DNA of 64,000 nucleotides from Eledone cirrhosa (Eukaryota). The translations under genes were made by a program, and so were the position numbers. Where the stretch lies: assembly GCA_964016885.1 (NCBI GenBank), contig OZ024742.1, forward strand, positions 341,868,001 to 341,932,000. The letters run 5' to 3'. Of the stretch, positions 28,771 to 44,200 are shown one piece after another. The notes beneath the pieces were generated by a model. The model was not told where the DNA came from, did no database searches, and worked only from the letters and a program-made list of their open reading frames with translations. Position 1 is the stretch's first letter. Every line of letters begins with the position of its first letter.

Positions 28771-31700
28771 AGTTCTATTGAGAGTGTTAACTTCATTACA
28801 GTATTTAGTGAAACCCTGTTTCACTCTACTCGATACATCAGTGTTCTATCGAGAGTTTTAGCTTCATTACAATATTCAGTAAAATCCTGTTTCACTCTAC
28901 ACGGTACATCAGTGTTCTATCGAGAGTGTTAGCTTCATTAGAGTATTTAGTAAAACCCTATTTCACTCTACACGATACATCAGTGTTCTATCGAGAGTTT
29001 TAGCTTCATTACAATATTTAGTAAAATCCTGTTTCACTCTACACGATACATCAGTGCTCTATCGAGAGTGTAGCTTCATTACAATATTTATTAAAACCCT
29101 GTTTTACTCTACACGGTACATCAGTGCTCTATCGAGAGTGTTATCTTCATTACAATATTTATTATAACCCTGTTTCAATCTACACGATACATTAGTGTTC
29201 TATCGGGAGTGTTAGCTTCATTACAATATTTAGTAAAACGCTGTTTCACTCTACACGGTACATCAGTGTTCTATCGAGAGTGTTAGCTTCATTACAATAT
29301 TTATTAAAACCCTGTTTTACTCTACACGGTACAACAGTGTTCTATCGGGAGTGTTAGCTTCATTACAATATTTATTAAAACGCTCTTTCACTCTACACGG
29401 TACATCAGTGTTCTATCGAGAGTGTTAGCTTCATTACAATATTTATTAAAACCCTGTTTCACGCTACACGGTACATCAGTGTTCTATCGGGAGTGTTAGC
29501 TTCATTACAATATTTAGTAAAACCCTCTATCACCCTACACGGTACATCAGTGTTCTATCGGGAGTGTTAGCTTCATTACAATATTTAGTAAAAACCTGTT
29601 TCACGCTACACGGTACATCAGTGCTCTATCGAGAGTGTTAGCTTCATTACAATATTTAGTAAAACCCTGTTTCCCGCTACGCGGTACACCAGTGTTCTAT
29701 CGTGAGTGTTAGCTTCATTACAATATTTATTAAAACACTGTATCACCCTACACGGTACATCAGTGTTCTATCGGGAGTGTTAGCTTCATTACAATATTTA
29801 GTAAAACCCTGTTTCACTCTACACGGTACATCACTGTTCTATCGAGAGTTTTAGCTTCATTACAATATTTAGTAAAACACTGTTTCACTCTACACGGTAC
29901 ATCAGTGCTCTATCAAGAGTGTTAGCTTCATTACAATATTCATTAAAACCCTGTTTCACTCTACACGGTACATCAGTGCTCTATCGAGAGTGTTAGCTTT
30001 ATAACAATATTTATTAAAACCATGTTTCACTCTACACGGTACATCAGTGCTCTATCGAGAGCGTTAGCTTCTTTACAATATTTATTAAAACCCTGTTTCA
30101 CTATACACGGTACATCAGTGTTCTATCGAGAGTGTTAGCTTCATTACAATATTTAGTAAAACCCTGTTTCACTCTACACGATACATCAGTGCTCTATCGA
30201 GAGTGTAGCTTCATTACAATATTTATTAAAACCCATTTTTACTCTACACGGTACATCAGTGCTCTATCGAGAGTGTTATCTTCATTACAATATTTATTAA
30301 AACCCTGTTTCAATCTACACGGTACATCAGTGTTCTATCGGGAGTGTTAGCTTCATTACAATATTTAGTAAAACGCTGTTTCACTCTACACGGTACATCA
30401 GTGTTCTATCGAGTGTGTTAGCTTCATTACAATATTTATTAAAACCCTGTTTCACTCTACACGGTACAACAGTGTTCTATCGGGAGTGTTAGCTTCTTTA
30501 CAATATTTATTAAAACCCTGTTTCACTCTACACGGTACATCAGAGTTCTATTGAGAGTGTTAACTTCATTACAGTATTTAGTGAAACCCTGTTTCACTCT
30601 ACTCGATACATCAGTGTTCTATCGAGAGTTTTAGCTTCATTACAATATTCAGTAAAATCCTGTTTCACTCTACACGGTACATCAGTGTTCTATCGAGAGT
30701 GTTAGCTTCATTACAGTATTTAGTAAAACCCTGTTTCACTCTACTCGATACATCAGTGTTCTATCGAGAATTTTAGCTTCATTACAATATTTAGTAAAAT
30801 CCTGTTTCACTCTACACGATACATCAGTGCTCTATCGAGAGTGTAGCTTCATTACAATATTTATTAAAACCCTGTTTTACTCTACACGGTACATCAGTGC
30901 TCTATCGAGAGTGTTATCTTCATTACAATATTTATTAAAACCCTGTTTCAATCTACACGGTACATTAGTGTTCTATCGGGAGTGTTAGCTTCATTACAAT
31001 ATTTAGTAAAACGCTGTTTCACTCTACACGGTACATCAGTGTTCTATCGAGAGTGTTAGCTTCATTACAATATTTATTAAAACCCTGTTTTACTCTACAC
31101 GGTACAACAGTGTTCTATCGGGAGTGTTAGCTTCATTACAATATTTATTAAAACGCTGTTTCACTCTACACGGTACATCAGTGTTCTATCGAGAGTGTTA
31201 GCTTCATTACAATATTTATTAAAACCCTGTTTCACGCTACACGGTACATCAGTGTTCTATCGGGAGTGTTAGCTTCATTACAATATTTAGTAAAACCCTC
31301 TATCACCCTACACGGTACATCAGTGTTCTATCGGGAGTGTTAGCTTCATTACAATATTTAGTAAAAACCTGTTTCACGCTACACGGTACATCAGTGCTCT
31401 ATCGAGAGTGTTAGCTTCATTACAATATTTAGTAAAACCCTGTTTCCCGCTACGCGGTACACCAGTGTTCTATCGTGAGTTTTAGCTTCATTACAATATT
31501 TAGTAAAACACTGTATCACCCTACACGGTACATCAGTGTTCTATCGGGAGTGTTAGCTTCATTACAATATTTAGTAAAACCCTGTTTCACTCTACACGGT
31601 ACATCACTGTTCTATCGAGAGTTTTAGCTTCATTACAATATTTAGTAAAACACTGTTTCACTCTACACGGTACATCAGTGCTCTATCAAGAGTGTTAGCT

Positions 31701-34700
31701 TCATTACAATATTCATTAAAACCCTGTTTCACTCTACACGGTACATCAGTGCTCTATCGAGAGTGGTAGCTTTATAACAATATTTATTAAAACCATGTTT
31801 CACTCTACACGGTACATCAGTGCTCTATCGAGAGCGTTAGCTTCTTTACAATATTTATTAAAACCCTGTTTCACTATACACGGTACATCAGTGTTCTATC
31901 GAGAGTGTTAGCTTCATTACAATATTTAGTAAAACCCTGTTTCACTCTACACGATACATCAGTGCTCTATCGAGAGTGTAGCTTCATTACAATATTTATT
32001 AAAACCCATTTTTACTCTACACGGTACATCAGTGCTCTATCGAGAGTGTTATCTTCATTACAATATTTATTAAAACCCTGATTCAATCTACACGGTACAT
32101 CAGTGTTCTATCGGGAGTGTTAGCTTCATTACAATATTTAGTAAAACGCTGTTTCACTCTACACGGTACATCAGTGTTCTATCGAGAGTGTTAGCTTCAT
32201 TACAATATTTATTAAAACCCTGTTTCACTCTACACGGTACAACAGTGTTCTATCGGGAGTGTTAGCTTCATTACAATATTTAGTAAAACCCTGTATCACC
32301 CTACACTGTACATCAGTGTTCTATCGGGAGTGTTAGCTTCATTACAATATTTAGTAAAACCCTGTTTTCACGCTACACGGTACATCAGTGCTCTATCGAG
32401 AGTGTTAGCTTCATTACAATATTTAGTAAAACCCTGTTTCACGCTACACGGTACATCAGTGCGCTATCGAGAGTGTTAGCTTCATTACAATATTTAGTAA
32501 AACCCTGTTTCACGCTACTCGGTACATCAGTGCTCTATCGAGAGTGTTAGCTTCATTACAATATTTATTAAAACCCTGTTTCACTCTACACGGTACATCA
32601 CTGTTCTATCGAGAGTTTTAGCTTCATTACAATATTTAGTAAAACCCTGTTTCACTCTACACGGTACATCAGTGCTCTACCGAGAGTGTTAGTTTCATTA
32701 CAATATTCATTAAAACCCTGTTTCACTCTACACGGTACATCAGTGTTCTATCGAGAGTGTTAACTTCATTACAATATTTATTAACACACTGTTTCACGCT
32801 ACACGGTACACCAGTGTTCTATCGTGAGTGTTAGCTTCATTACAATATTTAGTAAAACACTGTATCACCCTACACGGTACATCAGTGTTCTATCGGGAGT
32901 GTTAGCTTCATTACAATATTTAGTAAAACCCTGTTTCACTCTACACGGTACATCACTGTTCTATCGAGAGTTTTAGCTTCATTACAATATTTAGTAAAAC
33001 ACTGTTTCACTCTACACGGTACATCAGTGCTCTATCAAGAGTGTTAGCTTCATTACAATATTCATTAAAACCCTGTTTCACTCTACACGGTACATCAGTG
33101 CTCTATCGAGAGTGGTAGCTTTATAACAATATTTATTAAAACCATGTTTCACTCTACACGGTACATCAGTGCTCTATCGAGAGCGTTAGCTTCTTTACAA
33201 TATTTATTAAAACCCTGTTTCACTATACACGGTACATCAGTGTTCTATCGAGAGTGTTAGCTTCATTACAATATTTAGTAAAACCCTGTTTCACTCTACA
33301 CGATACATCAGTGCTCTATCGAGAGTGTAGCTTCATTACAATATTTATTAAAACCCATTTTTACTCTACACGGTACATCAGTGCTCTATCGAGAGTGTTA
33401 TCTTCATTACAATATTTATTAAAACCCTGATTCAATCTACACGGTACATCAGTGTTCTATCGGGAGTGTTAGCTTCATTACAATATTTAGTAAAACGCTG
33501 TTTCACTCTACACGGTACATCAGTGATCTATCGAGAGTGTTAGTTTCATTACAATATTCATTAAAACCCTGTTTCACTCTACACGGTACATCAGTGTTCT
33601 ATCGAGAGTGTTAACTTCATTACAATATTTATTAACACCCTGTTTCACGCTACACGGTACATCAGTGCTCTATCGAGAGTGTTAGGTTCATTACAATATT
33701 TATTAAAACCCTGTTTCACTCTACACGGTACATCAGTGTTCTATCGAGAGTTTTAGCTTTATAACAATATTTATTAAAAACCTGTTTCACTCTACGCGGT
33801 ACATCGCTGCTCTATCGGGAGTGTTAGCTTCATTACAATATTTAGTAAAACCCTGTTTCACTCTACACGGTACACCAGTCATCTATGGGGAGTGTTAACA
33901 TCATTACAATATTTATTAAAACCCTGTTTCACTGTACACGGTACATCAGTGCTCTATCGAGAGCGTTAGCTTCTTTACAATATTTATTAAAACCCTGTTT
34001 CACTCTACACGGTACATCAGAGTTCTATTGAGAGTGTTAACTTCATTACAGTATTTAGTGAAACCCTGTTTCACTCTACTCGATACATCAGTGTTCTATC
34101 GAGAGTTTTAGCTTCATTACAATATTCAGTAAAATCCTGTTTCACTCTACACGGTACATCAGTGTTCTATCGAGAGTGTTAGCTTCATTACAGTATTTAG
34201 TAAAACCCTGTTTCACTCTACTCGATACATCAGTGTTCTATCGAGAATTTTAGCTTCATTACAATATTTAGTAAAATCCTGTTTCACTCTACACGATACA
34301 TCAGTGCTCTATCGAGAGTGTAGCTTCATTACAATATTTATTAAAACCCTGTTTTACTCTACACGGTACATCAGTGCTCTATCGAGAGTGTTATCTTCAT
34401 TACAATATTTATTAAAACCCTGTTTCAATCTACACGGTACATTAGTGTTCTATCGGGAGTGTTAGCTTCATTACAATATTTAGTAAAACGCTGTTTCACT
34501 CTACACGGTACATCAGTGTTCTATCGAGAGTGTTAGCTTCATTACAATATTTATTAAAACCCTGTTTTACTCTACACGGTACAACAGTGTTCTATCGGGA
34601 GTGTTAGCTTCATTACAATATTTATTAAAACGCTGTTTCACTCTACACGGTACATCAGTGTTCTATCGAGAGTGTTAGCTTCATTACAATATTTATTAAA

Positions 34701-37700
34701 ACCCTGTTTCACGCTACACGGTACATCAGTGTTCTATCGGGAGTGTTAGCTTCATTACAATATTTAGTAAAACCCTCTATCACCCTACACGGTACATCAG
34801 TGTTCTATCAGGAGTGTTATCTTCATTACAATATTTAGTAAAAACCTGTTTCACGCTACACGGTACATCAGTGCTCTATCGAGAGTGTTAGCTTCATTAC
34901 AATATTTAGTAAAACCCTGTTTCCCGCTACGCGGTACACCAGTGTTCTATCGTGAGTGTTAGCTTCATTACAATATTTAGTAAAACACTGTATCACCCTA
35001 CACGGTACATCAGTGTTCTATCGGGAGTGTTAGCTTCATTACAATATTTAGTAAAACCCTGTTTCACTCTACACGGTACATCACTGTTCTATCGAGAGTG
35101 TTAGCTTCATTACAATATTCATTAAAACCCTGTTTCACTCTACACGGTACATCAGTGCTCTATCGAGAGTGGTAGCTTTATAACAATATTTATTAAAACC
35201 ATGTTTCACTCTACACGGTACATCAGTGCTCTATCGAGAGCGTTAGCTTCTTTACAATATTTATTAAAACCCTGTTTCACTATACACGGTACATCAGTGT
35301 TCTATCGAGAGTGTTAGCTTCATTACAATATTTAGTAAAACCCTGTTTCACTCTACACGATACATCAGTGCTCTATCGAGAGTGTAGTTTCATTACAATA
35401 TTTATTAAAACCCATTTTTACTCTACACGGTACATCAGTGCTCTATCGAGAGTGTTATCTTCATTACAATATTTATTAAAACCCTGATTCAATCTACACG
35501 GTACATCAGTGTTCTATCGGGAGTGTTAGCTTCATTACAATATTTAGTAAAACGCTGTTTCACTCTACACGGTACATCAGTGTTCTATCGAGAGTGTTAG
35601 CTTCATTACAATATTTATTAAAACCCTGTTTCACTCTACACGGTACAACAGTGTTCTATCGGGAGTGTTAGCTTCATTACAATATTTAGTAAAACCCTGT
35701 ATCACCCTACACTGTACATCAGTGTTCTATCGGGAGTGTTAGCTTCATTACAATATTTAGTAAAACCCTGTTTTCACGCTACACGGTACATCAGTGCTCT
35801 ATCGAGAGTGTTAGCTTCATTACAATATTTAGTAAAACCCTGTTTCACGCTACACGGTACATCAGTGCTCTATCGATAGTGTTAGCTTCATTACAATATT
35901 TATTAAAACCCTGTTTCACTCTACACGGTACATCACTGTTCTATCGAGAGTTTTAGCTTCATTACAATATTTAGTAAAACCCTGTTTCACTCTACACGGT
36001 ACATCAGTGCTCTACCGAGAGTGTTAGCTTCATTACAATATTCATTAAAACCCTGTTTCACTCTACACGGTACATCAGTGTTCTATCGAGAGTGTTAACT
36101 TCATTACAATATTTATTAACACCCTGTTTCACGCTACACGGTACATCAGTGCTCTATCGAGAGTGTTAGCTTCGTTACAATATTTATTAAAACCCTGTTT
36201 CACTCTACACGGTACATCAGTGTTCTATCGAGAGTTTTAGCTTTATAACAATATTTATTAAAAACCTGTTTCACTCTACGCGGTACATCGCTGCTCTATC
36301 GGGAGTGTTAGCTTCATTACAATATTTAGTAAAACCCTGTTTCACTCTACACGGTACACCAGTCTTCTATGGGGAGTGTTAACATCATTACAATATTTAT
36401 TAAAACCCTGTTTCACTCTACACGGTACATCAGTGCTCTATCGAGAGCGTTAGCTTCTTTACAATATTTATTAAAACCCTGTTTCACTCTACACGTTACA
36501 TCAGAGTTCTATTGAGAGTGTTAGCTTCATTACAGTATTTAGTGAAACCCTGTTTCACTCTACTCGATACATCAGTGTTCTATCGAGAGTTTTAGCTTCA
36601 TTACAATATTCAGTAAAATCCTGTTTCACTCTACACGGTACATCAGTGTTCTATCGAGAGTGTTAGCTTCATTACAGTATTTAGTAAAACCCTGTTTCAC
36701 TCTACTCGATACATCAGTGTTCTATCGAGAGTTTTAGCTTCATTACAATATTTAGTAAAATCCTGTTTCACTCTACACGATACATCAGTGCTCTATCGAG
36801 AGTGTAGCTTCATTACAATATTTATTAAAACCCTGTTTTACTCTACACGGTACATCAGTGCTCTATCGAGAGTGTTATCTTCATTACAATATTTATTAAA
36901 ACCCTGTTTCAATCTACACGGTACATTAGTGTTCTATCGGGAGTGTTAGCTTCATTACAATATTTAGTAAAACGCTGTTTCACTCTACACGGTACATCAG
37001 TGTTCTATCGAGAGTGTTAGCTTCATTACAATATTTATTAAAACCCTGTTTTACTCTACACGGTACAACAGTGTTCTATCGGGAGTGTTAGCTTCATTAC
37101 AATATTTATTAAAACGCTGTTTCACTCTACACGGTACATCAGTGTTCTATCGAGAGTGTTAGCTTCATTACAATATTTATTAAAACCCTGTTTCACGCTA
37201 CACGGTACATCAGTGTTCTATCGGGAGTGTTAGCTTCATTACAATATTTAGTAAAACCCTCTATCACCCTACACGGTACATCAGTGTTCTATCGGGAGTG
37301 TTAGCTTCATTACAATATTTAGTAAAAACCTGTTTCACGCTACACGGTACATCAGTGCTCTATCGAGAGTGTTAGCTTCATTACAATATTTAGTAAAACC
37401 CTGTTTCCCGCTACGCGGTACACCAGTGTTCTATCGTGAGTGTTAGCTTCATTACAATATTTAGTAAAACACTGTATCACCCTACACGGTACATGAGTGT
37501 TCTATCGGGAGTGTTAGCTTCATTACAATATTCATTAAAACCCTGTTTCACTCCACACGGTACATCAGTGCTCTACCGAGAGTGTTAGCTTCATTACAAT
37601 ATTCATTAAAACCCTGTTTCACTCTAAACGGTACATCAGTGCTCTATCAAGAGTGTTAGCTTTATAACAATATTTATTAAAACCCTGTTTCACTCTACAC

Positions 37701-40700
37701 GGTACATCAGTGCTCTATCGAGAGTGTTAGCTTCATTACAATATTTAGTAAAACCCTGTTTCACGCTACACGGTACATCAGTGCTCTATCGAGAGTGTTA
37801 GCTTCATTACAATATTTATTAAAACCCTGTTTCACTCTACACGGTACATCACTGTTCTATCGAGAGTTTTAGCTTCATTACAATATTTAGTAAAACCCTG
37901 TTTCACTCTACACGGTACATCAGTGCTCTACCGAGAGTGTTAGCTTCATTACAATATTCATTAAAACCCTGTTTCACTCCACACGGTACATCAGTGTTCT
38001 ATCGAGAGTGTTAACTTCATTACAATATTTAGTAAAACCCTGTTTCACTCTACACGGTACATCAGTGCTCTATCGAGAGTGTAGCTTCATTACAATTTTT
38101 ATTAAAACCCTGTTTCACTCTACACGGTACATCAGTGTTCTATCGAGAGTGTTAACTTCATTACAATATTTATTAACACCCTGTTTCACGCTACACGGTA
38201 CATCAGTGCTCTATCGAGAGCGTTAGCTTCATTACAATATTTATTAAAACCCTGTTTCACTCTACACGTTACATCAGTGTTCTATCGAGAGTGTTAGCTT
38301 TATAACAATATTTATTAAAACCCTGTTTCACTCTACGCGGTACATCGGTGCTCTATCGGGAGTGTTAACTTCATTACAATATTTAGTAAAACCCTGTTTC
38401 ACTCTACACGGTACATCAGTGTTCTATCGAGAGTGTTAGCTTCATTACAATATTCATTAAAAACCTGTTTCACTCTACACGGTACATCAGTGCTCTATCG
38501 AGAGTGTTAGCTTTATAACAATATTTATTAAAACCCTGTTTCACTCTACACGGTACATCAGTGCTCTATCGAGAGCGTTAGCTTCTTTACAATATTTATT
38601 AAAACCCTGTTTCACTCTACACGGTACATCAGTGATCTATCGAGAGTGTTAGCTTCATTACAATATTTAGTAAAACCCTGTTTCACTCTACACGATACAT
38701 CAGTGTTCTATCGGGAGTGTTAGCTTCATTACAATATTTAGTAAAACACTGTATCACCCTACACGGTACATCAGTGTTCTATCGGGAGTGTTAGCTTCAT
38801 TACAATATTTAGTAAAACCCTGTTTCACGCTACACGGTACATCAGTGCTCTATCGAGAGTGTTAGCTTCATTACAATATTTAGTAAAACCCTGTTTCACG
38901 CTACACGGTACATCAGTGCTCTATCGAGAGTGTTAGCTTCATTACAATATTTATTAAAACCCTGTTTCACTCTACACGGTACATCACTGTTCTATCGAGA
39001 GTTTTAGCTTCATTACAATATTTAGTAAAACCCTGTTTCACTCTACACGGTACATCAGTGCTCTATCAAGAGTGTTAGCTTCATTACAATATTCATTAAA
39101 ACCCTGTTTCACTCTAAACGGTACATCAGTGCTCTATCGAGAGTGTTAGCTTTATAACAATATTTATTAAAACCCTGTTTCACTCTACACGGTACATCAG
39201 TGCTCTATCGAGAGTGTTAGCTTCATTACAATATTTAGTAAAACCCTGTTTCACGCTACACGGTACATCAGTGCTCTATCGAGAGTGTTAGCTTCATTAC
39301 AATATTTATTAAAACCCTGTTTCACTCTACACGGTACATCACTGTTCTATCGAGAGTTTTAGCTTCATTACAATATTTAGAAAAAACCCTGTTTCACTCT
39401 ACACGGTACATCAGTGCTCTACCGAGAGTGTTAGCTTCATTACAATATTCATTAAAACCCTGTTTCACTCTACACGGTACATCAGTGTTCTATCGAGAGT
39501 GTTAACTTCATTACAATATTTATTAACACCCTGTTTCACGCTACACGGTACATCAGTGCTCTATCGAGAGTGTTAGCTTCATTACAATATTTATTAAAAC
39601 CCTGTTTCACTCTACACGTTACATCAGTGTTCTATCGAGAGTTTTAGCTTTATAACAATATTTATTAAAACCCTGTTTCACTCTACGAGGTACATCGCTG
39701 CTCTATCGGGAGTGTTAGCTTCATTACAATATTTAGTAAAACCCTGTTTCACGCTACACGGTACATCAGTGCTCTATCGAGAGTGTTAGCTTCATTACAA
39801 TATTTATTAAAACCCTGTTTCACTCTACACGGTACATCACTGTTCTATCGAGAGTTTTAGCTTCCTTACGATATTTAGTAAAACCCTGTTTCACTCTACA
39901 CGGTACATCAGTGCTCTACCGAGAGTGTTAGCTTCATTACAATATTCATTAAAACCCTGTTACACTATACACGGTACATCAGTGTTCTATCGAGAGTGTT
40001 AACTTCATTACAATATTTATTAACACCCTGTTTCACTCTACACGGTACACCAGTCTTCTATGGGGAGTGTTAACATCATTACAATATTTATTAAAACCCT
40101 GTTTCACTCTACACGGTACATCAGTGCTCTATCGAGAGCGTTAGCTTCTTTACAATATTTATTAAAACCCTGTTTCACTCTACACGGTACATCAGTGTTC
40201 TATTGAGAGTGTTAGCTTCATTACAGTATTTAGTAAAACCCTGTTTCACTCTACTCGATACATCAGTGTTCTATCGAGAGTTTTTGCTTCATTACAATAT
40301 TCAGTAAAATCCTGTTTCACTCTACACGGTACATCAGTGTTCTATCGAGAGTGTTAGCTTCATTACAGTATTTAGTAAAACCCTGTTTCACTCTACTCGA
40401 TACATCAGTGTTCTATCGAGAGTTTTAGCTTCATTACAATATTTAGTAAAATCCTGTTTCACTCTACACGATACATCAGTGCTCTATCGAGTGTGTAGCT
40501 TCATTACAATATTTATTAAAACCCTGTTTTACTCTACACGGTACATCAGTGCTCTATCGAGAGTGTTATCTTCATTACAATATTTATTAAAACCCTGTTT
40601 CAATCTACACGGTACATCAGTGTTCTATCGGGAGTGTTAGCTTCATTACAATATTTAGTAAAACGCTGTTTCACTCTACACGGTACATCGGTGTTCTATC

Positions 40701-41200
40701 GAGAGTGTTAGCTTCATTACAATATTTATTAAAACCCTGTTTTACTCTACACGGTACAACAGTGTTCTATCGGGAGTGTTAGCTTCATTACAATATTTAT
40801 TAAAACGCTGTTTCACTCTACACGGTACATCAGTGTTCTATCGAGAGTGTTAGCTTCATTACAATATTTATTAAAACCCTGTTTCACGCTACACGGTACA
40901 TCAGTGTTCTATCGGGAGTGTTAGCTTCATTACAATATTTAGTAAAACCCTCTATCACCCTACACGGTACATCAGTGTTCTATCGGGAGTGTTAGCTTCA
41001 TTACAATATTTAGTAAAAACCTGTTTCACGCTACACGGTACATCAGTGCTCTATCGAGAGTGTTAGCTTCATTACAATATTTAGTAAAACCCTGTTTCCC
41101 GCTACGCGGTACACCAGTGTTCTATCGTGAGTGTTAGCTTCATTACAATATTTAGTAAAACACTGTATCACCCTACACGGTACATCAGTGTTCTATCGGG
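28770..41200. repeat. Irregular HOR domain with periods of 19-52 monomers
   Basis: Marker CCCGCTACGCGGTACACC lies at 29673, 31446, 34923, 37407 and 41098 (offsets 1773, 3477, 2484, 3691, i.e. 25, 49, 35, 52 monomers). GAGTGGTAG lies at 31761, 33110 and 35167 (19 and 29 monomers). Other variants enriched here are acccatttt, cctgattc, cctctatcaccc and tagtgaaacc. Confidence 0.8.
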
Positions 41201-44200
41201 AGTGTTAGCTTCATTACAATATTTAGTAAAACCCTGTTTCACGCTACACGGTACATCAGTGCTCTATCGAGATTGTTAGCTTCATTACAATATTTAGTAA
41301 AACCCTGTTTCACGCTACACGGTACATCAGTGCTCTATTGAGAGTGTTAGCTTCATTACAATATTTATTAAAACCCTGTTTCACTCTACACGGTACATCA
41401 CTGTTCTATCGAGAGTTTTAGCTTCATTACAATATTTAGTAAAACCCTGTTTCACTCTACACGGTACATCAGTGCTCTATCAAGAGTGTTAGCTTCATTA
41501 CAATATTCATTAAAACCCTGTTTCACTCTAAACGGTACATCAGTGCTCTATCGAGAGTGTTAGCTTTATAACAATATTTATTAAAACCCTGTTTCACTCT
41601 ACACGGTACATCAGTGCTCTATCGAGAGCGTTAGCTTCTCTACAATATTTATTAAAACCCTGTTTCACTCTACACGGTACATCAGTGTTCTGTCGAGAGT
41701 GTTAGTTTCATTACAGTATTTAGTAAAAGCCTGTTTCACTCTGCTCGATACATCAGTGTTCTATCGAGAGTGTAGCTTCATTACAATATTTATTAAAACC
41801 CTGTTTCACTCTACACGGTACATCAGTGCTCTATCGAGAGTGTAGCTTCATTACAATTTTTATTAAAACCCTGTTTCAAGCTACACGGTTCATCAGTGTT
41901 CTGTCGGGAGTGTTAGCTTCATTACAATATTTAGTAAAATCCTGTTTCACTCTACACGGTACATCAGTGTTCTATCGGGAGTGTTAGCTTCATTACGATA
42001 TTTAGTAAAACCCTGTTTCACTCTACACGGTACATCAGTGTTCTATCGAGAGTGTTAACTTCATTACAATATTTATTAACACCCTGTTTCACGCTACACG
42101 GTACATCAGTGCTCTATCGAGAGTGTTAGCTTCATTACAATATTTATTAAAACCCTGTTTCACTCTACACGGTACATCAGTGTTCTATCGAGAGTGTTAG
42201 CTTTATAACAATATTTATTAAAACCCTGTTTCACTCTACGCGGTACATCGGTGCTCTATCGGGAGTGTTAACTTCATTACAATATTTAGTAAAACCCTGT
42301 TTCACTCTACACGGTACATCAGTGTTCTATCGAGAGTGTTAGCTTCATTACAATATTCATTAAAACCCTGTTTCACTCTACACGGTACATCAGTGCTCTA
42401 TCGAGAGTGTTAGCTTTATAACAATATTTATTAAAACCCTGTTTCACTCTACACGGTACATCAGTGCTCTATCGAGAGCGTTAGCTTCTTTACAATATTT
42501 ATTAAAACCCTGTTTCACTCTGCACGGTACAACAGTGTTCTATCGAGAGTGTTAGCTTCATTACAATATTTATTAAAACGCTGTTTCACTCTACACGGTA
42601 CATCAGTGTTCTATCGAGAGTGTTAGCTTCATTACAATATTTAGTAAAACCCTGTATCACCCTACACGGTACATCAGTGTTCTATCGGGAGTGTTAGCTT
42701 CATTACAATATTTAGTAAAACCCTGTTTCACGCTACACGGTACATCAGTGCTCTATCGAGAGTGTTAGCTTCGTTACAATATTTAGTAAAACCCTGTTTC
42801 ACGCTACACGGTACATCAGTGCTCTATCAAGAGTGTTAGCTTCATTACAATATTTATTAAAACCCTGTTTCACTCTACACGGTATATCAGTGCTCTATCG
42901 AGAGTGTTAGCTTCATTACAATATTCATTAAAACCCTGTTTCACTCTACACGGTACATCGGTGCTCTATCGGGAGTGTTTGCTTCATTACAATATTTAAT
43001 AAAACCCTGTTTCACTCTACACGGTACACCAGTCTTCTATGGGGAGTGTTAACATCATTACAATATTTATTAAAACCCTGTTTCACTCTACACGGTACAT
43101 CAGTGTTCTATAGAGTGTGTTAGCTTCATTACAATATTTAGTAAAACCCTGTTTCACTATACACGGTACACCAGTGTTCTATGGAGAGTGTTAACTTCAT
43201 TACAATATTTATTAAAACCCTGTTTCACTCTACACGGTACACCAGTGTTCTATCGAGAGTGTTAGCTTCATTACAATATTTATTAAAACCCTGTTTCACT
43301 CTACACGGTACACCAGTGCTCTATCGGGAGTGTTAGCTTCATTACAATATTTAGTAAAACCCTGTTTCACTCTACACGGTACATCAGTGTTCTATCGAGA
43401 GTGTTAGCATCATTACAATATTTAGTAAAACCCTGTTTCACGCTACACGGTACATCAGTGTTCTATCGGGAGTGTTAGCTTCATTACAATATTTAGTAAA
43501 ACCCTCTATCACCCTACACGGTACATCAGTGTTCTATCGGGAGTGTTAGCTTCATTACAATATTTAGTAAAAACCTGTCTCACGCTACACGGTACATCAG
43601 TGCTCTATCGAGTGTGTTAGCTTCATTACAATATTTAGTAAAACCCTGTTTCACGCTACACGGTACATCAGTGCTCTATCGAGAGTGTTAGCTTCATTAC
43701 AATATTTATAAAAACCCTGTTTCACTCTACACGGTACATCACTGTTCTATCGAGAGTTTTAGCTTCATTACAATATTTAGTAAAACCCTGTTTCACTCTA
43801 CACGGTACATCAGTGCTCTATCGAGAGTGTTAGCTTCATTACAATATTCATTAAAACCCTGTTTCACTCTAAACGGTACATCAGTGCTCTATCGAGAGTG
43901 TTAGCTTTATAACAATATTTATTAAAACCCTGTTTCACTCTACACGGTACATCAGTGCTCTATCGAGAGCGTTAGCTTCTTTACAATATTTATTAAAACC
44001 CTGTTTCCCTCTACACGGTACATCAGTGTTATTTCGAGAGTATTAGTTTCATTACAGTATTTATTAAAAGCCTGTTTCACTCTACTCGATACATCAGTGT
44101 TCTATCGAGAGTGTAGCTTCATTACAATATTTATTAAAACCCTGTTTCACTCTACACGGTACATCAGTGCCCTATCGAGAGTGTAGCTTCATTACAATTT

